DNA of 58,194 bases, from IMG/VR virus record IMGVR_UViG_3300020034_000015, positions 1 to 58,194 of that record, one strand, 5' to 3'. Under the pieces are notes generated by a model, which made no database searches, was not told where the DNA came from, and was given only the letters and a program-made list of their open reading frames with translations. Source of the stretch: a virus. Lineage: Duplodnaviria; Caudoviricetes. This document shows, piece by piece, positions 1-8,422 of the stretch. The position numbers and the translations under genes are program-made. Numbering within the stretch: position 1 is the stretch's first letter; each line of letters starts with the position of its first letter.

Positions 1-2
1 GA

Positions 3-434
3 CCTCTACGAACTGGCGACACCGGGACCCGCCAGTTCGTAGAGGTCACCTCCGGGGCCGCCCCGGACTGGTACCGCGTCGAGAAGCTGCTCGACCAGTC
101 CGGGACCACGGACGTCAACGGCGAGCTGACCCAGGCCGCAAACCTCGAACTGGGCAACGACAACCCGCAGGTCAGCCTGTCCACGGTCACCGTCGACACC
201 GAAGACCTGCGCGCGGGCCGCGACTTCGGACTCGGCGACAAAGTCACCGTCGAACTCGCCTCCGGCTTCGAGGTCGCCGACCTCGTCTACACGATCCGCC
301 TCGAAGCCACCCCCGGCGGCGGCGAACTCGTCACCTCCGTGATCGGCAAGGGCGACCAGACCACTGACACGCGCACCGTCCAGCAGATCCGCGGGCTCGC
401 CCGGCGGCTCGGGCGCATCGAAACCAGAAGGTGA
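3..434 (+). CDS. Minor tail protein (Gp37-like), C-terminal part; continues the gene starting at 57445
   Basis: Open frame 3 (GDTGTRQFVEVTSG...GRDFGLGDKVTV...LARRLGRIETRR, TGA at 432-434). The GRDFGLGDxVTV motif is typical of the C-terminus of this family. The first ~18 nt are a fold-back. Confidence 0.8.
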   Translation, partial: PLRTGDTGTRQFVEVTSGAAPDWYRVEKLLDQSGTTDVNGELTQAANLELGNDNPQVSLSTVTVDTEDLRAGRDFGLGDKVTVELASGFEVADLVYTIRLEATPGGGELVTSVIGKGDQTTDTRTVQQIRGLARRLGRIETRR

Positions 435-440
435 GCACCT

Positions 441-1469
441 GTGGCGCAATCATCCTGGCCGTCCCCGGACACCTCCCGGGTCATCGACGACCTGGCCTAC
501 GAACGGCTCGTCGCAGCCCAGTACGTCGACGGCCTCGTCGGCAACATCACCGACACCCCGCTGGTCTACGCGGACGGCTCCGGGCGGCAGGTGTTCGTTC
601 GGGCGAGCCGCATCGCGCAGGTCCGCGGCCACGGGTGGTCGTCCGGCGGCAGCGTCCTGACGCTCTCCATCGGCGCCAACTCCTCGGGCAGCACCCGCGT
701 AGACCTCGTCGTGCTCGGGCTCAACCGCAGCACCTGGAACGTCACCGCCTACGTCAAGGCGGGCACCCCCGGGTCCGGGGCGCCCGCGTTGCAGGTCGAC
801 GCCGGCGACACTGGGATCTACGAGATCCCCCTGGCGGAAGTGACCGTGCCCAACGGCGCGACCCTCACCTCCGCAGGGCAGGTCCTGCCGCGCGCCTGGT
901 ACGCAACACCGTACGGGCCGGCCGCGCCCGGGTCGACGGTTGCGACCCGGCCGCCGGCGCCGGTTCCGGGCGTGATGATGTGGCAGAACGGCACCGGATA
1001 CGTGTGGAACGGGACGATCTGGGAGGCGATCTCCAACCCGCCTCTGCCGGTGACTTCGGACATGAGCACCACCCTGTTCGGCAACAGCATCAGGGACGAC
1101 AGCGCCTGGCACGATTTTCCGTCCGGGAACTGGGCTCCGCTGGCGTTCACCGTGCCGCCCTCCGGGCGCATCCACGTCAACATCAGCGGCTGGATCCAAA
1201 ATCTCCACGCCGCCGACAGCACGATCTGGATCAGCTGGCGGGCATCCGGCGGCGGACTGACCGTCGGCACGGACCTCGTCACCGTCCGGAACAGGGGGAT
1301 GAGCGTGCGCAGCAGCGGCATCGCCGCCACCAAACGCACGTACTTCAGCGGGCTCACCCCCGGCGCGTCCGTCACCCTCACACCCATCTACGCGAGCACG
1401 ACAACCACGAATGACGTGGACGTCAGCAGCTTGTCGTATGGGCGACTTGAAATGGAGCCGTCCGCATGA
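441..1469 (+). CDS. Minor tail / baseplate protein
   Basis: N-terminal ANSSGSTRVDLVVL...YEIPLAEVTV pattern of actinophage minor tail proteins; position directly after the Gp37-like gene. Confidence 0.75.
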   Translation: MAQSSWPSPDTSRVIDDLAYERLVAAQYVDGLVGNITDTPLVYADGSGRQVFVRASRIAQVRGHGWSSGGSVLTLSIGANSSGSTRVDLVVLGLNRSTWNVTAYVKAGTPGSGAPALQVDAGDTGIYEIPLAEVTVPNGATLTSAGQVLPRAWYATPYGPAAPGSTVATRPPAPVPGVMMWQNGTGYVWNGTIWEAISNPPLPVTSDMSTTLFGNSIRDDSAWHDFPSGNWAPLAFTVPPSGRIHVNISGWIQNLHAADSTIWISWRASGGGLTVGTDLVTVRNRGMSVRSSGIAATKRTYFSGLTPGASVTLTPIYASTTTTNDVDVSSLSYGRLEMEPSA

Positions 1470-3208
1470 GCCGCCACGTTTTCGGCCAGGGCCCCAGTGA
1501 CTGGACTTTCACTGTCGGAGCCGCCAACGCCGCCACGTTGGCCGGCGGCGTCGTCATCACCGTGTGGGACTCCGCCACCAGCGGCACGCAGCTCACCGAC
1601 CTCCTGGACGCGACCGGCTCGGCGATCAGCACGGTCACCAGCTCAACCGGCGCCTCCGGCCTGCCGGTCGGCACCATCCCCAGGTTCTCCGGCCCGGACG
1701 GCGTCACTCAGATGTGGGCCGACGCCGGCGGCGGCTACCGTTCCCTGATGGTCGCCCTCGACCTCGGCGCCGACGTCAAGACCCTCCAGACGTCAACGGC
1801 CGGGCACTACGCGGCATCGAATCCGCACAACACCACATACTTCGACCTGACGGGCGTCTACAACCCGACGGTCTCGAACCTGCTCGCGCAGCCCACGTTC
1901 ACCGCCGCCCACCGCGGCAGTGGCGGGGAGTTCCCCGAGCACACCCTGCGGTCCTACCGGTCCGCGCTCGCCGCAGGCGCTCCCGCCATCGAGGTTTCCG
2001 TCCAGCTCACCGCCGACGGCGTGCTCGTGTGCATGCATGACCTGACCCTGGACAGGACCACGGACCACACGGGGAACCTGAAGGACTGGACTCTCGCGGC
2101 GTTGAGGGAAAAGGTCCTCGTCACCCAGCAGTCGCTGCTCGGCGCGGGCTGGTCGTCCCAGCCGATCCCCACGCTGGAAGAGGTCCTGGACGCGCTGTAC
2201 GGCAAGTGCGTGATCTTCATCGAGGCCAAGAGCAACGACGCCATTGTCCCCTTGCAGAACTTGCTGCTGGCCCGGTATCCGGGGTGCCAGCGCTCGGTCC
2301 TTTGGAAGGGCTATTACCAATCGACCTCTTTTGCGTGGGCGAAAGCGAATGGTTTTTACGTGTGGGGGTACGTCGACGCCACCACGACCAACACGCAGAT
2401 GGACACCTACGACGCCAACATCGACTTCTGGGGTGTGCCGATCGCGTCGACGGACGCCCAGGTCTCTCTGGTCGTCGCCCGCGGCAAAAAAGTCATGGTC
2501 TGGGACGTCCACCGGCACATCGACGTCGAGCGCCTGACCGCCCTCGGCGTCGTCGGCTTCATGGAAGCCCAGTGGATCTACCTCAACAACTCCCCGGCGC
2601 TCACCCTGGACCGATTCGACGCGCAGATCAGCCAGCCAGGCACCCTCGGCATCGCCCGCTACGACCCCGTCTACGCGCTGAAATACGACGGCGCCTCGGG
2701 TGCCTACGTGCCGGTGGTGCCCAACGACGCGGTGGGGATGTTCGGTCACCGCCCGGCCGACGGCACCACCCACACCATCAACTTCCAGATGAAGTGGGAC
2801 ACCGCCCCCGCATCGGCGCTGCACGCCGACGTCGCCTTGTGCAGGTCGAAAGACGACCCCTGGCAGTTCGCCAACAACAACAACGCCTACGGGGCGCTGG
2901 CCTCCCCGGGCGGCTACCACTGCCTGATCCGCGGCAACGGCGACATCCAGATCTACTCGCACGTCGCTGGCAGTACGACCGGCACGCAGCTCGGGACGCT
3001 GGCCACTGTCGCGCCGGTCAACGGCACGTTCATGACTTTCCAGATCATCGTGTCGAGCACGCAGATCATCTTCAAGCGCACTGACGGTGCTGGCTGGACG
3101 CTCACCGTCACGAACAACCTCTATCGGGGCCGGTACTGGCACCTCGGCAACGGCAGCATCACCTCGCTGACCAACAAGCCCACGTGGAAGCTGCTGTCCG
3201 TCGCCTGA
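1466..3208 (+). CDS. Tail-associated glycerophosphodiester phosphodiesterase (GDPD) domain protein
   Basis: AHRGSGGEFPEHTL, IEVSVQLTADGVLVCMHDLTLDRTT, IPTLEEVL and IEAK are GDPD motifs. N-terminal virion-attachment-like segment and beta-rich C-terminus. ATGA overlap with the tail gene. Confidence 0.85.
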   Translation: MSRHVFGQGPSDWTFTVGAANAATLAGGVVITVWDSATSGTQLTDLLDATGSAISTVTSSTGASGLPVGTIPRFSGPDGVTQMWADAGGGYRSLMVALDLGADVKTLQTSTAGHYAASNPHNTTYFDLTGVYNPTVSNLLAQPTFTAAHRGSGGEFPEHTLRSYRSALAAGAPAIEVSVQLTADGVLVCMHDLTLDRTTDHTGNLKDWTLAALREKVLVTQQSLLGAGWSSQPIPTLEEVLDALYGKCVIFIEAKSNDAIVPLQNLLLARYPGCQRSVLWKGYYQSTSFAWAKANGFYVWGYVDATTTNTQMDTYDANIDFWGVPIASTDAQVSLVVARGKKVMVWDVHRHIDVERLTALGVVGFMEAQWIYLNNSPALTLDRFDAQISQPGTLGIARYDPVYALKYDGASGAYVPVVPNDAVGMFGHRPADGTTHTINFQMKWDTAPASALHADVALCRSKDDPWQFANNNNAYGALASPGGYHCLIRGNGDIQIYSHVAGSTTGTQLGTLATVAPVNGTFMTFQIIVSSTQIIFKRTDGAGWTLTVTNNLYRGRYWHLGNGSITSLTNKPTWKLLSVA

Positions 3209-3234
3209 TCCCCATCCCTACGCACCAACCGCCG

Positions 3235-3262
3235 CCCCGCGCCAGCCGGCCGGGGTTCTTTC
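3235..3262 (+). terminator. Possible intrinsic terminator before the lysis cassette
   Basis: CCCCGCGCC/GGCCGGGG imperfect stem followed by TTCTTTC. Confidence 0.4.
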
Positions 3263-3278
3263 ATGTCCGGGAGGACCC

Positions 3279-4238
3279 ATGCCGACATCGCGCGGCCTCG
3301 ATGTGTCGTCCTATCAGGGCGTCCAGGACTGGAAAGCCCTGGCCCGCAGCGGGCTCACGTTCGCGTTCGCGAAAGCGTCCGAGGGCGAGCACACACACGA
3401 CGCCAAGTTCGGCACCCACATCACCGGCATCATCGGCGCCGGACTCGTGCCGGGCGCCTACCACTACGCCTGGCCGAACCAGGACCCGGCGGCCGAAGCG
3501 GCGAACTACGTCTCCGCGGTCCACACCCACCGCGTGGCCGGCTTCGTGCACGTCCTGGATCTGGAGCGCCGCACCGACGGCGCGAACTACAAGGGCCGCA
3601 CCGCGAAGCAGATCCAGGCGTACGCGCAGGCGTGGATCGATGACGTGCACGCCGCGTTCCCGCACGACCGCGTCGGCGTCTACACCTCCGCGTCGGACAT
3701 CGCGGCCGGCCATCTGCCGCCGAACGCCAGCTTCCTCTGGTACCCGGCGTATCCGTCGGGCGCCATGTCGTACGCGGACTCGGAGAAGCACACACCCCCG
3801 GCGCCGTCCGGGCGGCACCCGCTGTTCTGGCAGTTCACCAGCACCCCGCTGGACCGTTCCCTCGCCTATCTCTCCCCGGACGACCTGCGCACGTGGGCGG
3901 CCGGCGACGCACCCAAGCCCACGCAGCCTGACCCCGTGAAGGAGCCCACCTTGCCCGCACCGATTGATGTCTGGGGCTACAAGAACGCCAAGCAGGTCAA
4001 GGCGAACCCGAAGCTCCCCGACGCCTACGCCTACCTCCAGGGCGCGTACAACACGACGCGCACCCTCACGACTCAGGTCGCCGCCCTGAACGCCACCATC
4101 GGCGCACTCACCAAGGCAGTCGGCGACCTCCACTCGGGCATCGACACCGCGACCCTCGTGGCTGCCGTAGAGAAGGCCATCGCTGACGCCGTCGTGCACG
4201 TCCAGGTGGACGTCACCGGGGCGGCGGCCGAGGCGTGA
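3279..4238 (+). CDS. Endolysin, GH25 muramidase
   Basis: GLDVSSYQG, FAFAKASEG, GAYHY, LDLE and WQFTS motifs; GGAGG RBS upstream. Confidence 0.9.
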   Translation: MPTSRGLDVSSYQGVQDWKALARSGLTFAFAKASEGEHTHDAKFGTHITGIIGAGLVPGAYHYAWPNQDPAAEAANYVSAVHTHRVAGFVHVLDLERRTDGANYKGRTAKQIQAYAQAWIDDVHAAFPHDRVGVYTSASDIAAGHLPPNASFLWYPAYPSGAMSYADSEKHTPPAPSGRHPLFWQFTSTPLDRSLAYLSPDDLRTWAAGDAPKPTQPDPVKEPTLPAPIDVWGYKNAKQVKANPKLPDAYAYLQGAYNTTRTLTTQVAALNATIGALTKAVGDLHSGIDTATLVAAVEKAIADAVVHVQVDVTGAAAEA

Positions 4239-4576
4239 TCCTCAACCTGACGCCGCACCCGATCCGCCTCTACGCCGGAGAGCGCGAGGATGGCAGCGAC
4301 GATCTCGACCCCCACCTGCGCGAGACGATCCCACCCGAGCCGACCCCGGCCCGCCTCGCCACGATCGAACTCGGCGGCGGCATGTTCCCCGAGTTGGTCG
4401 AGTTCGGGCACGCCCAGAATCTCCCGCCGAAGCGGGACGGCGTGCAGTACATCGTCTCCCTGGTCGTCGCCCTGGCCCTCTGCGACCGGCGCTCCGACCT
4501 CCTCGTCCCGTACCGCGAGGTACGCAACTCGACCGGCACGGTCATCGGCTGCCGCAGTCTCGCGCAGCCCGTCTGA
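4235..4576 (+). CDS. Small NLTPH-motif protein (candidate Crn4-like ring nuclease; unverified)
   Basis: MILNLTPHPI...YIVSLVVA...RSDLLVP...VRNSTGTVIGCRSL; GTGA overlap with the endolysin stop. Confidence 0.7.
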   Translation: MILNLTPHPIRLYAGEREDGSDDLDPHLRETIPPEPTPARLATIELGGGMFPELVEFGHAQNLPPKRDGVQYIVSLVVALALCDRRSDLLVPYREVRNSTGTVIGCRSLAQPV

Positions 4577-4602
4577 ACCCCAACCAGTAGAAACGGATCA
4601 CC

Positions 4603-4989
4603 ATGAAGATCTTCGGCAGAGAACCCGTGTACTGGCTCACCACCATCGCCGTCATCCTCAAGCTCGCCGCGGCCTACGGCATCGACGTGTCCGACAACGA
4701 GCAGGGCGCGATCAACGCAGCCCTCGCCGCCGCCGTGGGCATCGCCACCGCCATCGTCCTCAAGAGCGGGGCGCTCGCCGCGAGCATCCTCAACTTCGGA
4801 CAGGGCGGCATCGCCTTGTTCATCGCGTTCGGGCTCCACATGTCCGCACACCAGCAGGGCCTGATCATGTCCGGCATCGCGACCGTACTAGCTCTGGTGC
4901 TGCACGAGCAGGTCACAGCCCCAGTGCCGTCCGTACCCCTGGAGGAGACCAGCCCGGTGAAGACCACCCAGCCCGTTCAGGCGGTGTGA
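4603..4989 (+). CDS. Holin
   Basis: MKIFGREP start, about 4 hydrophobic segments and a QVTAP tail typical of actinophage holins; in the lysis cassette. Confidence 0.8.
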   Translation: MKIFGREPVYWLTTIAVILKLAAAYGIDVSDNEQGAINAALAAAVGIATAIVLKSGALAASILNFGQGGIALFIAFGLHMSAHQQGLIMSGIATVLALVLHEQVTAPVPSVPLEETSPVKTTQPVQAV

Positions 4990-5417
4990 TGCGCGCGGCG
5001 GTCCGGCGGGTCAGCAAACGGTTGGGCCGCCGCGGCCGGATCCTCCTCGCCTTCGGGATCATGCAAGTCCTCTACGGCGTATCCATCGTCAGCGACCCCC
5101 GCTACGGAATCGTCCGCGGCGTCGGCGTCCTCACCCACATGCAGCCCATGCCCTTCTGGGGCGCGATCTGGATCGTCTGCGGCGCCGTAGCCCTCGCCAT
5201 GGCCTGGGAAATCCGGTCCTCCCGCGACACCTGGGGGTACGGCGCCGTCACCGTACCGATGGCGTTGTGGTCCGGTGCGAACTTCGTCGCCTGGGTCTCC
5301 AGCGAATACCCGCAAGCCTGGACATCGGTATTCACCTGGGGCGCATTCGTGTACATCGCAGGCATCGTCAACCGGTGGCCGGAGTACGGCCGGAGGAGAG
5401 CCAATGGACGCGAGTAG
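4989..5417 (+). CDS. Lysis-cassette membrane protein (about 4 TM)
   Basis: TGATG coupling to the holin; basic N-terminus (LGRRG) followed by hydrophobic helices. Confidence 0.7.
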   Translation: MRAAVRRVSKRLGRRGRILLAFGIMQVLYGVSIVSDPRYGIVRGVGVLTHMQPMPFWGAIWIVCGAVALAMAWEIRSSRDTWGYGAVTVPMALWSGANFVAWVSSEYPQAWTSVFTWGAFVYIAGIVNRWPEYGRRRANGRE

Positions 5418-5772
5418 CGGCCTGTGGGGGGCCGTCGTCGCGGCCATCGGCCTGCTCAGCCTCCTCGTCACCGGACGCCGCGGCCCGCGCGAGGTGCCTC
5501 CACCGGCCGGGACCGCCCAGGACCCGACACCCGAACAACTCCAGGTGTCTCCGGCGATCTGGAAGGACATGCGCGGCGAAATCAGGGAGCTGCGCACGAA
5601 AGTCGACCACCTCACCGACGTGGTCGAGCAGGGCAGCACCCGGGAGCGGTCTCTCCGCGAGCACCTCCGGATGGCCATGAAGGTCATCCGCCGCGCGAAC
5701 CGGCGCCTACGGGCCGCCGGCCAGCCTGAAGAGCCAGTGCCTGTCGAACTCATCCCGTACTCGCTCGACTGA
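5404..5772 (+). CDS. Membrane-anchored coiled-coil protein (lysis accessory)
   Basis: GGAGGAG RBS; one N-terminal TM helix then heptad-like MRGEIRELRTKVDHL. Confidence 0.7.
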   Translation: MDASSGLWGAVVAAIGLLSLLVTGRRGPREVPPPAGTAQDPTPEQLQVSPAIWKDMRGEIRELRTKVDHLTDVVEQGSTRERSLREHLRMAMKVIRRANRRLRAAGQPEEPVPVELIPYSLD

Positions 5773-5783
5773 AAGGGGGCACG

Positions 5784-7700
5784 ATGGCGCTGCCCGTAGG
5801 CGTGCCGAAGGTGACCGTCACGACGGCGAAGCCCCTGATCACCCCGGGGGGTGCCCCGTACAAGGGGCGCCTCGTCTTCACCGGCCCCGACCTGGTGACC
5901 GTCGGTGGCCTGGACCTCGTCATCGGCGGACAGGCACCGGCGTACCTGACGGCCGGGCTGTTCTCCATCGACCTGGTGCCCTGCGACGTCGACACCATGA
6001 GCCCGAGCGGGTGGACGTACAAGGTCGACGGGGAATTCTCCAACGCCCCGGACTTCACCCGGTACGTCAGCGTCCTGTCCGGTGCCGGGCCATTGCAACT
6101 CGCGGACATCCTCGTGCCCGACCCGGTTGCCGGGGATTTCACGGTGTTGCTCGACCCGTCATCGTTGGGCGGGGCGGCGCTCCTCGACGTGGGGCAGACC
6201 GCGGCGACCGTCGCGGCCGGGGATGACGCGCGGTTCAGTACGGGTGGTCCTCCGTCTGGTGCGGCCGGCGGGGCGCTCACGGGCACCTACCCGAACCCCG
6301 CACTGAGCTCGGTCACCATCGCGGCGTTCGACCCGGCCGGGGCGGCGGCCGTCGCACAGTCGTCGGCCATCTCCGCAGCAGCCGCTGATGCCACCACGAA
6401 GGCGGGGACCGCGCAGTCCACGGCCATCTCGGTCGCGGCCTCGGACGCGACAACGAAAGCCAATGCGGCGCAGTCCGCGGCCACTTCGGCGGCTGCCACC
6501 GACGCGACGGGCAAGGTCACCGCTCACGCCGGTGCGACGGACCCCCATGCCGACCGGGCGTTCACAACCTCCGCAGTCTCCACGCACTCAGGAGCCACGG
6601 ACCCGCACGCAGACCGGGCATTCACCACGAGCTCGGTGTCTACGCACACGGGGGCAGCAGATCCCCACGGTGACCGTGCGGCGGCAGCTTCGGACGCGGC
6701 CTCGAAGGTCACCACGCACGCGGGCGCCACGGATCCGCACGCGGACCGCAGTTTCACGACCGGCGCCGTCTCAACTCATGCGGGGGCGGGCGACCCTCAC
6801 GGGGACAGGGCGGACGCCGCGGCGAAGTACGTGCCGCTCGGGGGCGGGACGATGGCTGGGGCGTTGAACCTGTCCAGCGGTGGTGTGGCCAGCAGGACCC
6901 CGGATGTCCAGGTGTTCACCGGCAGCGGGACGTGGACGAAGCCGACCGGCGCGGTGCTGGTGTCCGTGTACCTGTTGGCCGGTGGTGGCGGTGGCGGGTC
7001 GGGGCGGCGCGGTGCTGCGGGCACCATCCGCTGCGGTGGTGGCGGCGGGGCCGGCGGGTCGGTGTTCCAGGCGAACTTCCAGGCGTCGGCGCTCGGGGCG
7101 ACGGTCGCGGTGACCGTGGGCACGGGAGGCCCGGGTGGTGCGGCGAGGACGACGGACGACACCGATGGCGTGGCCGGGACCGCCGGGGGTGTGACCCTGT
7201 TCGGTCTGATCGGCCGTGTTGGAACCGGTGGTGCGGGCGGTGGTGGTACGGCGACGGCGGGCACTGGGGGCAGCACGGGCAGCGGCACTGTGACCGGGGG
7301 TGGTGGCGGTGCGGCGTCCGCAACCGGGGGCGCGGGCAACAGTGGCGGCGCGGGGGTGCTCGCGGGCCCGGGTGGGGGTTCTGGTGGTGGCATCACGGCG
7401 GCCAACGCGGCGGCCGCGGGTATCGGGGGCGGCGGCAACGGGGGCTCGGTGTCCGGCGCTGGCGGGTCCGTGGGTGGTGCTGCACCCACCCCGGCGGCGG
7501 ATTCCGCGGCGGGCTCTGGCCTGTCAGGTGGTGGCGGTGGCGGTGGTGCCGGGTCGATCACGGCGGCCGCGACCGCGGGCGCGGCCGGTGCCCTGTACGG
7601 GGCGGGTGGGGGTGGCGGTGGCGCCAGCCTGAACGGCAACAACTCGGGTGCGGGGGGCGCGGGCGGGAACGGCATCGCCATCGTGATCTCGTTCTTCTGA
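5784..7700 (+). CDS. Tail-fibre/appendage-like protein with His repeats and a Gly-rich C-terminus
   Basis: MALPVGVPKVTVT N-terminus, Ala-rich stalk, five HxGAxDPHxDR repeats, FTGSGTWTKP followed by a Gly-rich domain. Confidence 0.75.
   Translation: MALPVGVPKVTVTTAKPLITPGGAPYKGRLVFTGPDLVTVGGLDLVIGGQAPAYLTAGLFSIDLVPCDVDTMSPSGWTYKVDGEFSNAPDFTRYVSVLSGAGPLQLADILVPDPVAGDFTVLLDPSSLGGAALLDVGQTAATVAAGDDARFSTGGPPSGAAGGALTGTYPNPALSSVTIAAFDPAGAAAVAQSSAISAAAADATTKAGTAQSTAISVAASDATTKANAAQSAATSAAATDATGKVTAHAGATDPHADRAFTTSAVSTHSGATDPHADRAFTTSSVSTHTGAADPHGDRAAAASDAASKVTTHAGATDPHADRSFTTGAVSTHAGAGDPHGDRADAAAKYVPLGGGTMAGALNLSSGGVASRTPDVQVFTGSGTWTKPTGAVLVSVYLLAGGGGGGSGRRGAAGTIRCGGGGGAGGSVFQANFQASALGATVAVTVGTGGPGGAARTTDDTDGVAGTAGGVTLFGLIGRVGTGGAGGGGTATAGTGGSTGSGTVTGGGGGAASATGGAGNSGGAGVLAGPGGGSGGGITAANAAAAGIGGGGNGGSVSGAGGSVGGAAPTPAADSAAGSGLSGGGGGGGAGSITAAATAGAAGALYGAGGGGGGASLNGNNSGAGGAGGNGIAIVISFF
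6520..6820 (+). repeat. Five coding repeats (HxGAxDPHxDR), ~60-72 bp period
   Basis: Visible in the translation of 5784..7700. Confidence 0.85.
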
Positions 7701-7715
7701 ACCCGGGAACGGCAA

Positions 7716-7753
7716 CGCCCCTCACTGCCTTCGGGCGGTGAGGGGCGGCTTTC
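7716..7753. terminator. Terminator between convergent operons
   Basis: CGCCCCTCACTGCC-TTCG-GGCGGTGAGGGGCG 14-bp stem with cUUCGg loop, followed by GCTTTC. Confidence 0.85.
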
Positions 7754-7765
7754 GTACGTCCGGGA

Positions 7766-7975
7766 TCAGGAGCGGCGCCACCCCAGCGTGGTCAGCCAGC
7801 CGCCCACGCCTCCCGCGCACGCGAGCAGCACCACCACACCGACCGCCGCCGGGTGGCCGGTCGTCCACATCGTGACCGTACGGACGACGACCCACACCCC
7901 GGCAGCCACCACCGAGAGGCAGTATGCGAGCGTTCCGACACGTGCCAGGACGTCGGGCCACCAGGGCGCGGGCAC
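7766..7975 (-). CDS. Small 2-TM membrane protein
   Basis: GTG at 7975 just after the stop of the upstream ORF; two hydrophobic helices. Confidence 0.55.
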   Translation of the reverse strand: MPAPWWPDVLARVGTLAYCLSVVAAGVWVVVRTVTMWTTGHPAAVGVVVLLACAGGVGGWLTTLGWRRS

Positions 7976-7977
7976 GG

Positions 7978-8112
7978 CTACTTCTTCTCGGGCGCGGGCT
8001 GGGGCTCGACGGGCTTCGTCCACCCGCCCGCGGCCGGATCGTACTCGCGGGCATGCTCGTCGGTGTCGCCGGGGCGCTGATCCTGGCGTGTGGGCATCTT
8101 CGGCAGGGGCAT
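7978..8112 (-). CDS. Small hypothetical protein (44 aa)
   Basis: MPLPKMPTRQDQRPGDTDEHAREYDPAAGGWTKPVEPQPAPEKK, read manually; below the ORF-track cutoff. Confidence 0.45.
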   Translation of the reverse strand: MPLPKMPTRQDQRPGDTDEHAREYDPAAGGWTKPVEPQPAPEKK

Positions 8113-8191
8113 GATCGGGGTTACCTGTTCTCTCGCGGGATGGGTGGACCGGGGCGGGTGATGTCTTGGCGGATGGCACCCGCCCCGGGGT

Positions 8192-8419
8192 CTAGCGGTG
8201 GGTGATCAGGAGCAGCAAAAGCGCGGTGAGGACGATCACGGCCCAAGCGGCGGCGCGCGCGTCCACCGGGCGGCGCCGGGCGCGCTGCAAGTGCTCCCCG
8301 TCAGGGACGTGCCCGCCGTGACGACGGCGCCGGTGCGCGTCCCGCACATCGAGGACCTCGGCCCGTGTGCGCACGGGCAGGCTCGTCGTACGGCAGGAGT
8401 CACACCGGTACCGCCACAC
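8192..8419 (-). CDS. Small Zn-binding protein with a C-terminal TM anchor
   Basis: CxxC...HxxxxH followed by a hydrophobic tail; GGGGG RBS upstream. Confidence 0.65.
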   Translation of the reverse strand: MWRYRCDSCRTTSLPVRTRAEVLDVRDAHRRRRHGGHVPDGEHLQRARRRPVDARAAAWAVIVLTALLLLLITHR

Positions 8420-8422
8420 GGC

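Noticed and set aside
1-47. Hairpin telomere of a linear N15-like prophage
   Set aside because: No protelomerase gene, the ends fall inside a tail gene, and the fold-backs are only 18 nt.
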